The position numbers were made by a program, and so were the translations under genes. Shown piece after piece: positions 1 through 14,700 of a stretch of DNA of 64,000 bases. Origin of the DNA: Cetorhinus maximus (Eukaryota). Under the pieces are notes generated by a model. It saw only the letters and a program-made list of their open reading frames with translations. It did no database searches and was not told where the DNA came from. Where the stretch lies: NCBI RefSeq assembly GCF_964194155.1, contig NC_135898.1, positions 13,454,001 to 13,518,000 on the forward strand, in the 5' to 3' direction. Numbering within the stretch: position 1 is the first letter of the stretch; the number at the start of each line of letters is the position of its first letter.

Positions 1-440
1 TTAAAAGAGAAGCTTGCATTTATTTGATGCCTTTGACGACGACAGGTCGTCCCAAAGCACTTTACAGCTAATGTAGGTTTTTTTTTTGTGTTCTCACATA
101 AAACATGAAGTGCAGCGACCAATTTTCGCAGCAATGTGATGGTGACCAGAGAACCAGTTTTTGTGATTTGATTACTTTACAAATATTGGCCAGGACACTG
201 GCAATTACTCCTTTTTGTCCAAAATTGTGCTATGGGATCTTTTACATCACCAGAGAGGGCCTATGTTTAACATCTAATCTGAAACGTGGCATTTCTGACT
301 GTGTAGCACTCCCTCAGCACTCCACTGGAGAGTGGGCCTTGTTTTTTTTTTGTTGTGTGCTCAAGTCTTGGAGTTGATTTCAACCCACATTATTTAAGTT
401 TCAGAGGCAAGAATGCTACCAACAGAGCCATAGCTGACAT
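1..440 (-). mobile_element. SINE with L2-type tail (Deu-domain/SacSINE1-like; family name tentative)
   Basis: ttgcatttat...cgtcccaaagcactttacagc...aaatattggccaggacac...ctccctcagcact recurs at about 4720-4985, 7500-8460 (split), 56540-56770 and 59530-59880 (opposite strand). Confidence 0.65.
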
Positions 441-633
441 TCAATTCATGTTGCCCCACAAACCTCTATTTTCAGAAGTGGAGGGGAGTAAATAATTCTG
501 AGATTCATAATCACCCCAGATGCTTAATTTGGAAAGTTAATACTAATGTAAAAACTTAGACAGTTCATTGTTTTAATTGCTTCCATGGTATTTTGAATTC
601 ACTTTCATATTTTCTTTGTTGTCTAATGTGTGA

Positions 634-1742
<1,109 letters not shown>

Positions 1743-4154
1743 GTATCAGGACACATCACTATTTTCTCATCTTAAATCTCACTTCACTTGACTCTTGGAA
1801 CTTGTCCCTTCTGTTCAGTGAAATTCTTCATCTCGAACAGCTGCCTCCAACCCCTGGTCATCCTTGCAGTTCTGCTCGTACTTGGGGCCAGAAACTACGG
1901 TTATCCCAAAGATACAAGTCTGTTGGTTGCTGTGCTCACTTGCTCCTTCCTGATGGATGACAAGAGACCTTCTTGCAGGGGTTGGAGTTCTCAACTGTGT
2001 TATCATACTTCATCCAGAGGCAGTATCTTTTTAACTTGGATAGGCTGAATTTTAACATTTGTAAAAGTTAAACATTTTATATACCTTTTTTTAACCTTTT
2101 CTCTTTTACAGTGCTTTAAATAAACTAGAATCATGCGGTGCTTTTGTTATTCCATTATTTACTACACTTGACAAGTACTTTATAAATTCCTCAACTTTTA
2201 CAAGTCTGTATTATTTAACATTCTTTTAAAGAATTGTATGTAAATATTTTCTGCCCATGATTCTCTATGGCAAGTTGCATGCCAGTCAAAAGGATACTGT
2301 CTCTGACACTTTCTCTTTTTCACTGAGCTCCAGCTCACTGTGACACCTGTGTTCACTCACTCGCTACTGCATTTCTCTCCTTCCTGATTTAACTCCAGAG
2401 AATACCTTGCATTGATTCAGTCAGATAAGTGCCATCACTGAGTTGATGGGAACCTATTAGCAGTTTGTGGGGATTAGGGTTTACAACTATTCACAATATG
2501 GACTTGTCGAATTTTTCAGTGAGCATCAAGCTGTTGAGCTGAGCAGTTGGCAATAATTACTACTTAAAATTTGACTACTGGCATTGCTGCAAGTGTCTAT
2601 TACCCTTCCCTACTCCCATTTTGGATGAGAGGAAGAAAGCACTTTATCAGATTTAAGGTAATGTTGTGGTTAGAATAATACAACAAAGCAACATGAATTC
2701 ATGGAGCAGCTTTAATGTTGCGAATCATCATAAGCTGCTTCTGAGGAGTGTTATCAGGCAAAACTTTACACCAAGCCATTTCGGGATATATTATAACAGG
2801 TAAGCGACAGCTTGGTCAAAGAGGTAGATTTTAAAAGAAAAGGGAGGGCAAATGTTGAGGGAGGGAATTCTAGACTTTCCCTTGAGAGCCCATTGTAAAC
2901 CTGTTACATAAATGAAAACATCAGTTAGTGTAAAGGAATATCAACACTATACAAGGTGATATCACTTCAGTAGTTTATTAAATGCAATGTGTTGATACAC
3001 AACAGGGCCTTTGGAAGCAAATCAGCATCAAGGACTCTGCCGTATTTTACTGACTGGAGTGAATGGTGTATCAACTGAAGTTGGAGCTTCTTATGTGTTT
3101 TACTGGTTCAGAGTGTACAAGGTGAAAATTTTATCATGAAGCTACGACAGACCGATACTAGCTGGTCATGTCATTGTAATTGTTTTACACTGTGGTTGAG
3201 TCTCATCTCAGTAAAATTGGACATGTGAAGTTGGCCCTGTGAATTCCTCTTTGGATCTGGAAAGCAGTCTGTGTTATCGGCAGTGTATCCATTCAAGTGC
3301 AATACCCTCACTCCCTTAATACAAATGAACTGTAGATTTTGGTAGACACTCTGCCCTGTCACTGCAAAATTGGACTGGTTGCATGGACAGGTCAGTGATG
3401 TGCCTCACTGGTTGATGTACCAGATCAGACCTGTTTGTCAGTCAAAAATGAGTGTGCCCATGACAAATACATTTTTTGTACAGTCATCCACAGCCTGTCA
3501 CAGTAGAAATGATCTGTTGACCTCACGGTTCCTTCCAAAAATATTTTGTCATTGCTTCCCGACAAATTCTTGCTGCCTAACCAGTGACTGATAACTGGAA
3601 GTAGATGACAGATATTGAAATGGAAAAGGGCAGGCTTTATGCAGCTAAGCTCCATTATGTTACTCCCTAACAGTCCCTACAGGTACATTAAATGAAGGAA
3701 ATTGGGAGGGTGAACATTAAGGTATAACAGTGAGGAAAATTGGATTTAAAAAAATGAAGCCAATATACATACATACAGAATGCTTCAGTTCCGTGTGGAA
3801 CAAAACTCTGAACAATCACTGACAGGATAAATACAATTGGACATACGAACTGAAGGTTGTTGAGTAAATTTCTATCACGGCATCAATTTTCCAGATAGTA
3901 ACAACACCCTCTATCCCTGACTCGAGGAGAAAGTTTATCTACCATTTCCCACAACTTTGTAAAGAGAAAAGTACTCAGTCTTCTCATTGAAGAATTGCTT
4001 TGATTGACAGCAGTCAGAAAAAAAAGTAGTCACAGTGCCAAATCCTTTGCATGCTGTCTACTAAATCAATGCATCAGAGACAAAAGAAAATTCAAGATGA
4101 ATTGTGCTGTGGAAAGTTTGTCTGAAGTCTGTGTCTGTACAGCTGATCACTTTT

Positions 4155-4160
4155 AATAAA
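4155..4160 (+). terminator. Probable TMEM127 polyadenylation signal (3' UTR about 2.4 kb)
   Basis: AATAAA in TTTTAATAAATG, followed by TG/T-rich sequence (gtgttgattatt). Assignment to TMEM127 is inferred. Confidence 0.55.
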
Positions 4161-5413
4161 TGTTTTACCAGCCAAAAATGAGCGACATTTGTCAGTACCA
4201 ATCCGTGTTGATTATTGACATCTTTAGAAATAATCCATTTGAAGTAGCAATTAGGTGGGTTTCTTTAATCATTCCATTTGCAAGCTAGTGGTCATGGGCC
4301 CTTCTGCAGGTCCAGTTTGGACGCTGCCTGTGGCAGTGGTTCCTCCACTTGTTTCTCTTCTGTAGCATTGTCTGTCTGGAGCGAGTGTCTGCTGGGACCC
4401 GGGAGACATTTGCAACCACTGGCCACTGAGGAGTGGACTGGAAGACATACTGGATACAGGTGACAACATTATAGGATTTGAGAAGGTTCCTTCATTTTTT
4501 ATGATGAGTTTCTACTCTGCCATTTATGGGCATCTAAAGAAAAGGCCCATTTAAAACCTGAACAGTTTGAATTAAACTGCTGCTAGTTTTCTAGTGAAAT
4601 GATATTTTATACCATTAACTGGAAATGTCATTTTATGAACTTGTAACTGAACTAAGTACAAATGGTGGTGAAGGATCCTGTGAAAATGCCACCTCCATGA
4701 GAAGCACACATGAAGGAACAAACACATTTATATAAGACCCTTCACAGCCTGAGGAAGTTCCCAAGCACTTTACCAGTAACATACTTTTTAAACTTTGATC
4801 ATTATTGTCATACATGGGAATGCAGCAGCCAATTTGCACACAGGAAAAGAAAATAATTGGATCATGATTGTAGTAGCATGGGTTGAAGTCTAACTATTGA
4901 CCAGGACAATGGGGAGAACTCTATTGTTCTTGGGGAAGTGCCATCTTTCATGCACTCAAAAGGTCATTGAGCAGATGAGACCTTGATCAATGACCTTTTG
5001 AGTTTTAATTTTACACCAAAATTATTCTTTTTAAATCCTGAACTCCATTAGATAAGGTACAGCACTCAATGTGAATATACTTATAATCCATCAGCCTGGA
5101 CTCATGATCCAGAGATATAAGTTAATTAAATAAATCTGAAATTAAAAGCTATTATCAGTAAAGGTGCTTGTCAAGCTACTGTATCATCATAAAAGCCCAA
5201 CTGATTCACTAATGTATTTAAGGGAAGGGATTCTATTGTCATCACTCAGTCTGGCCTGTATGTGATTGCAGACCCACAGCATTGTGGTTGACTCTTTGGC
5301 TTCAGAGGGAAGTTTTCAGTTATCAAGCAAGCAATTCAAAGAGCAATTAAGTATGGACAATGAATACTTGCCTTGACCGCAATGCCTACATGCTGTGTAT
5401 GAGTAAAAAAAAC

Positions 5414-5419
5414 TTTATT
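5414..5419 (-). terminator. Probable NCAPH polyadenylation signal
   Basis: TTTATT on + (AATAAA on -), about 330 nt downstream of the NCAPH stop codon. Confidence 0.5.
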
Positions 5420-5749
5420 CAATTTGTTTGGCAAATACACCACCTACAGTCTTCAAATGACAGTGGGATAGATAATAGGTACAAATACTTAATGTAATTA
5501 TCCAAAAGTCCTCTCTACAATATTAGCAAGGGTATTCATTATTTAAAATAAATCTCAAGCATAATTTCAAGGCTGATAAGTTGTCGACAGGTTTTCGAAA
5601 TACATTTACACACAGAAATTATGCCTGAGAAGGGCATCTATGAGGTGAGGCAACAGCCACAATGTAAGGCTTACTGTCAAAGAAAATATTTACAACTATG
5701 TACAGTCCATTCAACCAATCTTCTACAGCTATGTACATTAAAGATGTCT

Positions 5750-8700
5750 TCAGATTCCTTGTTTGATAACAACATCAGACAAATCTTCCTTTCCTTCAAT
5801 TTCAAGATTCTGTAAGATAATAAAACGCTTTTAAACATGCAACTTAAACATCTCAACTACTCCAGCCCTCATGATCCTAATTGTGATCAGCCTCAAAGGT
5901 TAAGGGCTAAACTATGCTGCTCAACTTTTAGTTGTATGATGTTCATTCACTTATTAAACATTTGGTGAAATGATACATACCTTTTCATTGGCTAAATGCA
6001 GCAAACAGGCAAATGCCATGGGAACAGACAAGTTCTTTGCCATTGTGCTGGGCAATCTGTGGACATAATAAAGTAGTAGTAATTAGACACAACCATCATG
6101 AAGACTACATTGGTACAATTAAGTGTACAGAAACAGGAACGGTAGCATAGTGGTAATATTACAGATAATCCAGAAGCCCAGACTAATGCTCTGGAGACAT
6201 GATTTCAAATCGCACCATAGGAGTTAGAGAAATTTAACTTCAATTAATAAATCTGGAATGAAAAGCTGGTCTCAGCAATTATGGTCGTTTAATATCAGAT
6301 TGTCTTACAAATCCATCTGATTCACAGATGTCCTTCAGGAAGGAAATCTTCTATCCTTACCTGGTCTCGCCTACATGTGACTCCAGACCCACAGCACTGT
6401 GGTTGATTCTTAACTTCCCTCTGAAATAGCCTAGCAAACCACTCAAGTATATCAAAATTCTGTAGGAAAATCCCGGGGAAAAAATAACCTAACAGGCCAC
6501 CTGGCACAACCATAGGCACTGCCTACAACAAAGCCCAGTTGACTCTGCAAAGTCCTCCTCACGAACATCTGGGGACTTGTGATGTCTATCACCAAGAAGA
6601 TCCAAGGGCAGCAGGCACATGGGTACACCACCACCTACAAGCTTCTTCCAAGTCACACACCGTGCCGATTTGGAAATATGTGGTTGTTCCTTCACTGTCA
6701 CTGGGTCAAAAACTGGAATTCCCTTTCCAACAGCACTGTGGGTCCCTACACTACATGACTTCAGGGGTTCAAGGCAGTGGCAGCTCACCACCACCTACCT
6801 TGATAGGTTTCTGGATTCTGAAGGCATCAAGGGGTTATGGGGAGAGAGCACAGAAGTATGGCGCTTACATAGAGGATCAGCCATGATCATATTGAATGGC
6901 AGAGCAGACTCAAAAGGCCAAATTACCTACTCCTGCTCCTATTTTCCATGTTTCTATGTTTAAGGGTAATGAGGGAGGGACGATAAATGCAGGTCTTGCT
7001 CCCAATGTCCACATCCCATAAATAAATGAAAAAATATGAAGCTGGCTGGTCTCTATACCTTTCAGACTCCCAGTTCTGCTCTGTTGGGCATTATGTCACT
7101 AAACTTACCAACTGGATCATTTATTATCAATACTTGAAGGAAAATAAATTGCTGAGATTTGGGCAAAAAGAGTAGGGGAGTGGGACTAAAAGAATTGCTC
7201 TTTCAAAGAGCCAGTTTAGACTTGAGGGCGAGTGGGCTCCTTCTATGCTGTACCATTCTATGATTCTAATCATTTGAAGAACTATTTCTAAAATAAATTA
7301 TAATTCTTTATTCAAATACAAAATGATGGCCAATTGAACAGACAGACAGCACATTTATCAGTAGGGCTATCCACACAAGTTTAAAAAAAAACAAACCTTT
7401 CAAACAGATTCTTGGTGATAGATGTGAAGCTTTGCTGTCCTTTCACTGTCATTACATCGATTTCCAACTCGTCAGTCACTCCATTCTGTTTAATTGAAAA
7501 GAAAACTACTTGCTTTTATATTGGACCTTTCTCAACTTGAGGACATCCCACAACACTTAACAGCCACTGAAGTACTTTTGTAACATAGGGAAAATTTTTC
7601 AGAAGGTGGGGCTGAAAAAGCCAGCAGGAAATGCACCTACTGATCTTGGCAGCCATTAACTGACTGGAGGCAGGACTTCTACCCCTCACTCTGGATGAAG
7701 TCCTGCCTCAGAGAGCCAGCAGGCAATCTGATTGACCAGAACCCTCTGTAGTTCCAGTCGCATCACCAGGAGCAGTGGCCAGTGCTACTACTACAGCTAA
7801 TCACCAGATTCTAAGTGCCAGGAGTCCCAGGACCAGATAACTGTGGGGATCTCGGGGAAGAGCGGGGGCAATGAGTACCTGAGGAAGGTGGCTAGGAGCC
7901 AAACCAAATCAGGAAAGGGGACCCGTAATGTAGACACACACCCACTTCTCCCTGTTGAATCCTGAGCAGGCTAACCTGCTGGCCTTCGGCCCCATCCCTG
8001 ACCTCCTCCCGCCAACTTCAAAATTACAGCTGGGCGGGAAGCGTTGCTTAAGTGGCCTTTAATAGGCCACTTTAGGGCCTCAATTACGGTAAGGGCAGGC
8101 AGGCCAACCTTAGCCTTGTTCACCCTACCCTTCCCTCCCGCCCACAGGAAATGTGGCAGCTAATTTACACATATCAAACTCCCACAAACTATATTAAGAC
8201 AATGACCAGATAACCTGTTTTAGTGATGGTGTTCCAGGGGTAAATAGTGGTCAGGAGACATGGGAGAACTCCTTGGCTGTTTTCAAAATGGTACCATGGT
8301 ATTCTTTATATCTGCTAGAGAGCAGACAGGACCTCAGTATAACCTTTCATCCAAAACACAACACCTCATAAAACTCCATCAATGCTGCACCAGGTTGTCG
8401 ACCTCGATTATGTATTCAAGTCTCTGAAGAGGGCCTTGAACTCACAACCTATGAGCACTGAAGATGGGAGTATATTTTAAACAGGTTTCCAATACTAAGT
8501 TTGCTTGGTGAGCTGGTTGCAGCTTCTCCGGGTCACTGCAATAGCAGCAACACAGCTTCTTATAGGAGTACCCAGACTATAATAAATTGGGAAGTTTTTC
8601 AACATTTACTAATCCTATTCAGCACTTTCTTCACCTTTCCATCTGGGATGCGTGCATTTTCAGTAAGGAGATCCCACATGTTCTGCTTCAATCTTTTCAC

Positions 8701-11700
8701 ATCCATCTTTTTTGCTATCTTTGAATAATTCAACAGGATTTTGTTGACCTATAAATAATCAGAATTTAGGATTAGAATTGTAAACTTTCAAACTCATTGC
8801 CATCCATCACATTTCTTATTCTATTTAACTAACACGGAAGCCCAGATTAAGTATGTACAACAGTAATCCTTTGCACAGGCAACATTGAAGTAAGAGACCT
8901 GAGTGATCAAATTTGTTTTTTTTCCCTGCATAGTCCTCTATTCTTCACCATCTGTTACAAGTGAGTCAGGCTGGCACATGGTGACACATCCGTACAAGAA
9001 AAGCATTTGCCAGTACCACATATTCCAGTGCAAGGGCTGTCGAAACATCAAGAACAAGTATTCCTGCTCTGCTCATGAACAGAAGAGCTCATCCCCTACC
9101 CTGCCTGAAATACAGCGAAGTAGCTTTGTAATCTTGATTATAGCTTGCAATCCACTTACTTTCTGAGGCTCTGCCACTAAGTTTTCTCCTCCATAGGTTG
9201 TGATATTTAACTCCTTGCCATTTAGCTCCAAGCCATTCTCATCTTGCTCCAATGCACCATCGAAGGAGTCATTTGCAGCAACAAACCCATCGTTTTCATC
9301 ATCACTATCAGACTGTAGAAAAAATAAAAAGGAAACCATGCTAAGAAAGGAATTAATTTTTAAAAATCTTAAAAAAGAATGTGAGAAATAAATACAGACC
9401 TGAGCTCTGGGGCAGAAGTTTGATGTATCATTGGGGTTGTTATAATCATATTCTCCGATTCTTTCATCTTGGTCTGGACAAATATTTTCTTTCAAAATCC
9501 GCTTTAGCTGTAAACAATTTTAGTGGAATATTTCAGTGATCAAAGTAAGGGAAGCCAACAATGAAAACCGGAACCCTCAGTCCAACTTTGAAAATGATGC
9601 CTGCATCAAACACTCCTGGGCCAAATATCACAAATAAATGGAGAATACAGAGCCCTTTACCAGAAATATTTTACACATTAGTACTTTAGAGAGGTTTACT
9701 GTCCATCATTTAACCCCATTTCTAATGTATTCAGCAAATTCAGTCTATAGGGAAAGGATAAGTTAGCGGCACCTTCCTCATACTTCAGGTAACACAACTC
9801 TGACCAACCACCTGCCAAACTGGTGTACCAAGAGCTGTTCTACAGTGGTGAGAGGGCGGTGGGATTACTCTCTGTTGAAGCCATGCTTTATCTACCTGCA
9901 AGCACTTGATGGAAAAGTATAGGGAGCTTTACATGGGGCTGAATGCTATCTGAGACAGACATTCTCATTTAAGTCATTTTCCTCCATTTTGATTTTTGTT
10001 TGGTCACAATTCTCATCATCAGGATAGGCAACTAGCTTCTTTCTGCCACCCATGGGCAAAGATCAATCATTTTCTCAGTTTCCACTTTTATAAGGAAGCA
10101 GTTGGCATCTCCAGAGTGAAATAGCTAATAATGGAAACTCATCACATGGAGAATTATGAAACTGAGCCCACCTCATAAAACTCTTGTGTTTTTGGACTCC
10201 TTTTAGGTGCCTTAACTTATGAATACTCAACACTGATATAATGAAATGTGACAAAATGTTTTGACGTTGTTCATGTTTCATTATTTTAATTTATTGGAAA
10301 AAGTACTTCATTTACCGTGACAGAAGGTTTAAGGAACAAACGGGTAATGTTGTCTGGATCATAATGGAAATCGGTAGGCAGTGTAGTCAGCTTTCTACTG
10401 CGTCGGTCTAATGCAGCTTTTGAGATTATTGTGGCAGCCTAGAGGAAATATCACAACAGTAACGGTTCATACATCGAACCTCTTGTCCTTCCAAAACATC
10501 AAAAAAGTCACACCCGATATAAAGACACTCCCAGGGATCCTCACCTCTTCTGAGAGACAAACCTCAGCCCATACATGTTTATACAATGTGGTGATCTAGT
10601 GGGATGGAAGCACACACGTAGACAGTCTATCTTGGATGTACCACTGCCAATCCCTCTCATGTCCCTTCACTGTGCCTGGCCCATTTGTTCCACTGCACAA
10701 TCCCTTTAGGTTGTGCGCAAGTCCAGGCAACGATCTTAAAGGGACTGCTGCTTATGCACGGCCTGTTAGCTTGTGCGCTGCACATTCCAAATTGTTGTCT
10801 GGGAACTTCGAGGGAATATTAACCATCACTACATCTCACATACAGAGTACAAACCCACTGCTTGTGTCACAAGACAGTATCTCTGTCACTTCTTGCTTTA
10901 ATTCCTCGAACTTGCTTCAATCATTTCTCCATTCCCCTTTTCAACTCCACCCGCCAATTTATAGTCATAAAGCCATCACAGCACAGCAAGAGGCCATTCA
11001 GGCCAATATGTCCATGCCAGCCCTCTATTGAGCAATCCAATCAGCCCATTCCCCCGCTCTATCTTCATAGCCCTGCTTGTTTGTTATTCTTCCCTACTTA
11101 GTCACAACTTTGGAATTTCTCAACTCCACCCTTCCCCTTAAACCCTTTGAAAATCAAGTTTAACTACTGTATTCGTGAATTATCTGGTCATCTTTCCATT
11201 TCAACCGTAGATGTTCCTTGTACTATGGGTCTTCGGCCTTTATCTAAGTCTGTTAATTTAAATAATAAAATATAACCCCTGTGATAGATGCTCTAATGTT
11301 GTTATACCAACCCTGGTTTCTCTGAACTGAGTCTCAAAATTGATATTCTCATCGAAGTTAATTTCAAATATTTTCTTGGCTTGTTTTTTCCTATTTTTAT
11401 CAGTGATGGCCTCTGTTGAAGAGAAAAAAAAATCAATTATCGAAGGTGCATTGAATCGCTAACATTCATTCAACAAGGCACAGATCCTATTTTTGTACCA
11501 TTTCTGTCCCACTCACTGTCTTCAGTTACATCTCCTACAGTTATTTGCTTCAACATATTCATATGGAATTCAGAGTATTTGTCTGACATATAATTATCAA
11601 GCTTTATTAAAATCAGTGGACTTATAGCGCACTATCCAATTAAATTTTCCTTGTGAAAATTCAGGTCCCTCACCCATACAAACATACGAATTAGGAAGAG

Positions 11701-14700
11701 TACGCCATTTGGCCCCTCAAGTCTGCTCTGCTATTTGATAAGATTATGGCTAGCCTCACTGTGATACAATTGGAAAAAAATATAAACAACTTTTGGAGAA
11801 CCAATTTCTAAGAATGATTTTATCACAGTGAAACAAACATGCTGACACTTCAGCACCTGTGGCCCAGGACTCACAGTCATCTACCTCTGCTGTTACACTC
11901 ACCTTTCTGTCGAGGTTTGAAACGCCAGTGATTAGGGCCTGCCCACATCTTCATTATTCTGGGGCTGAAGTAGGAATATTCCCCTGGCTGGTTTGAAAGT
12001 TGGACACAAAGGCTGTTGAAATCCACATCTGAGAGAGGAATCATTTCTTTACTATGAAAGAGATGAAAGATGTTAATCAAATACTTTCCAGTTTAGAAAT
12101 ATTCAGGTGAACAGATTTTTAATCTCAAGTGGTACTGTTCCAACTCAGGTCTCTAAATAATACTGATTGGCAAGTTCAGTAATTCCCTTACTTTTACTTA
12201 AAATGCTGACTTAGTTTAAATGAAATAGGTTTTGATGTGCACTCCTGGAGCACCAGTAATTGCTGTGACCAGTCAGTATTTTGGAGCTTGTGAAACACCC
12301 CTCTTACCAGCCTTGACCATTTGCCATCATCGATGATTCCTGCTGGTTATCAAAATCCTGGCCCATCAGGTCTCCAGCATCATCACAAAGATCACCGTCA
12401 AAGTCGTCCACCACAGTGGCATTGCCTCCCAGCTGACTATCTGCAAATTCTGGTTCTGCATTCATATCGAATAAGTGGTTGCTTTTCTTGAATTTCTCCA
12501 TCATCGAAGAAACAGCCTGAGGAGGAGAAATTGGATGATTGTGGCTGTGTGCTTAATCACAAGAATATCGACAGGGCTCAAAATAGTGGATTATAAATCA
12601 ACCTGAATGAGTTGGGGTTAGAATTATATTGGAAGGATTACCAACACATTTTAAACACACAAAAAGCAAAAAGTCACATTAAAATTAAAATTTAAAGTCT
12701 CTCAAAACAACACTAAATAGATGAGCACAGTCCATTCAGTGAAATACCTTACACAAAGCAGAAATAAATTCTCCCTCCCAAACACTCATCAGTCTTGTGC
12801 TTATCTATATCGAGAATAACAGTAAGCCATAAACTACATTCAGTATTAAACATGAATAACCAGCGAGGCAATACACACACACATACACACACATTCAGTT
12901 CAGCCATTTTATTTTTTTAGAAAACACTTATGATACCAGAACTGTTTATTCTACAAATACACATGTAGAAGTATGAGGAGGCTTATCCTAGGAAGATATC
13001 ATAAATGAGACAGACTGTTTGCTTTACCTGATTGTGGGCCTCACTGTCCCAATTTGTAAACTGAAAATCTTCAAATGAAGGACAGATTGTCTTGTCTTTC
13101 AGAGACTGCTGAAGGTCTGTCAGAAGTTAAATGGAAACAAAACTTAAATAGGAGGCAGTTTACAGGCTAGCACATGGAATAAAATGCTGTTCCAAGGAAA
13201 AGTCTGGACACAATGGTGAAGCCAGCACCTAAAGTCAATTTGAAGGTTGGCAAGCATCACAACTTGGTCCTGATCTGATTATACAAAACGACATAGTCCT
13301 AAATTTGTTCTAATTGGAATTGTTTACGTACCACCTGCTCAATTCATGACTTTTAATGTCTCCTGTAAAATTAGAAAAAAATCACCTGAACCAATGCTGT
13401 GGGTGATTCAATGGGTGATTGGAGCTACAGGGAAAAAAACAAAATCAGCCAAGGTTCTCAGTACAAATTATTCCAACTGCAAACAACACCATTTATGGTA
13501 ATGAGGAGCAAGGCAATTGTTAATTTTCATACCCTCTTTGAATTAATAACCTGTTGACATTTCTTCTCCGGGCTCACTTACGGAGGATGGCCAATTGGAA
13601 TGATTAGCAGAACGCTACTTTCAAATATGGGCTCAAAGACTATTTGCTGGAAAAACTCATCAGCAGAGAGAGATATATATAATCACTGCCAGATAAGACA
13701 GCCACACCAGGGTATTGGAGCTTGCCAGCTGGTTCAATGTGCCAGCTTCTAGGGTTGCCTAATCTGGCAACAAGTTATGAACTGACACATTGCTGGACAG
13801 GAGCCATCCCCTCTCCCCAGATACTGTCCATCACATTGAGATCTGGCAGTTAAATGCACACTGAAGGAACAACTCTGGGCCAACTCAGTGTTTTAGCAGT
13901 CACCCAAACTGTCTCCTGCCAGTCACATTGACATTTACGATCCAGTGATTTAAAAACCTTTACTGGAAAGATTCAGGAAGAACACAAACAAAAGAGGCTA
14001 TATTACTTGTAACCAGTGCGTGATTACTGCCCAAGTGACTGGAAGCATGAAACCGCAAACAGTGGATTAGCATAGATTATCCTTCACTACAGGAGGAGAA
14101 GCTGATAAGGTAGCAACCACCAGTGATACGAGACTTGTAGAAGTACTTCTGCAGTAACAGAAATGTTGCCATTTAACAGCTTAAAAAAAAACTTGCCTTC
14201 AAAGTCAGATATCTCCACATGGCCAATGGGTGGCAATTCCGGTGCGGGACCAGTTTCAATGAGTTTGGCGTCTGAATCAAACAGCAGCTGAGCAGAGTGT
14301 CCATACGTCTGCAGATTAACCATGAAAACCCCAACTGTGCTGCATTCATCAAACATCGAGGCAGCCTTCTGGAACATTGGGTCAATCTACAAAATACAAG
14401 GTATCTTTAAACTTTACTGGAATTATGTTCTGAACCAGTATTCTTTGTTTTGCTTCTTAAAACAAAGATGTGTCAATATTCCATTCCTCATTTATATTTT
14501 AGTAAAATATTAGAAAATGTAAGTTGCTATCATTCTTCATTTCATCAGGTCATTAAGAATGGTGTTAAAATTGTTTACTTAGAATGAGATCTACATTCCA
14601 TAGACTTTAACTACATAACTAAATGGGTCAAACACAATGAAGATTCTAAAATTTATGAAAGGAAATGAGAACCTTCCTCAGTTTCCTGATGCAAAATGTC

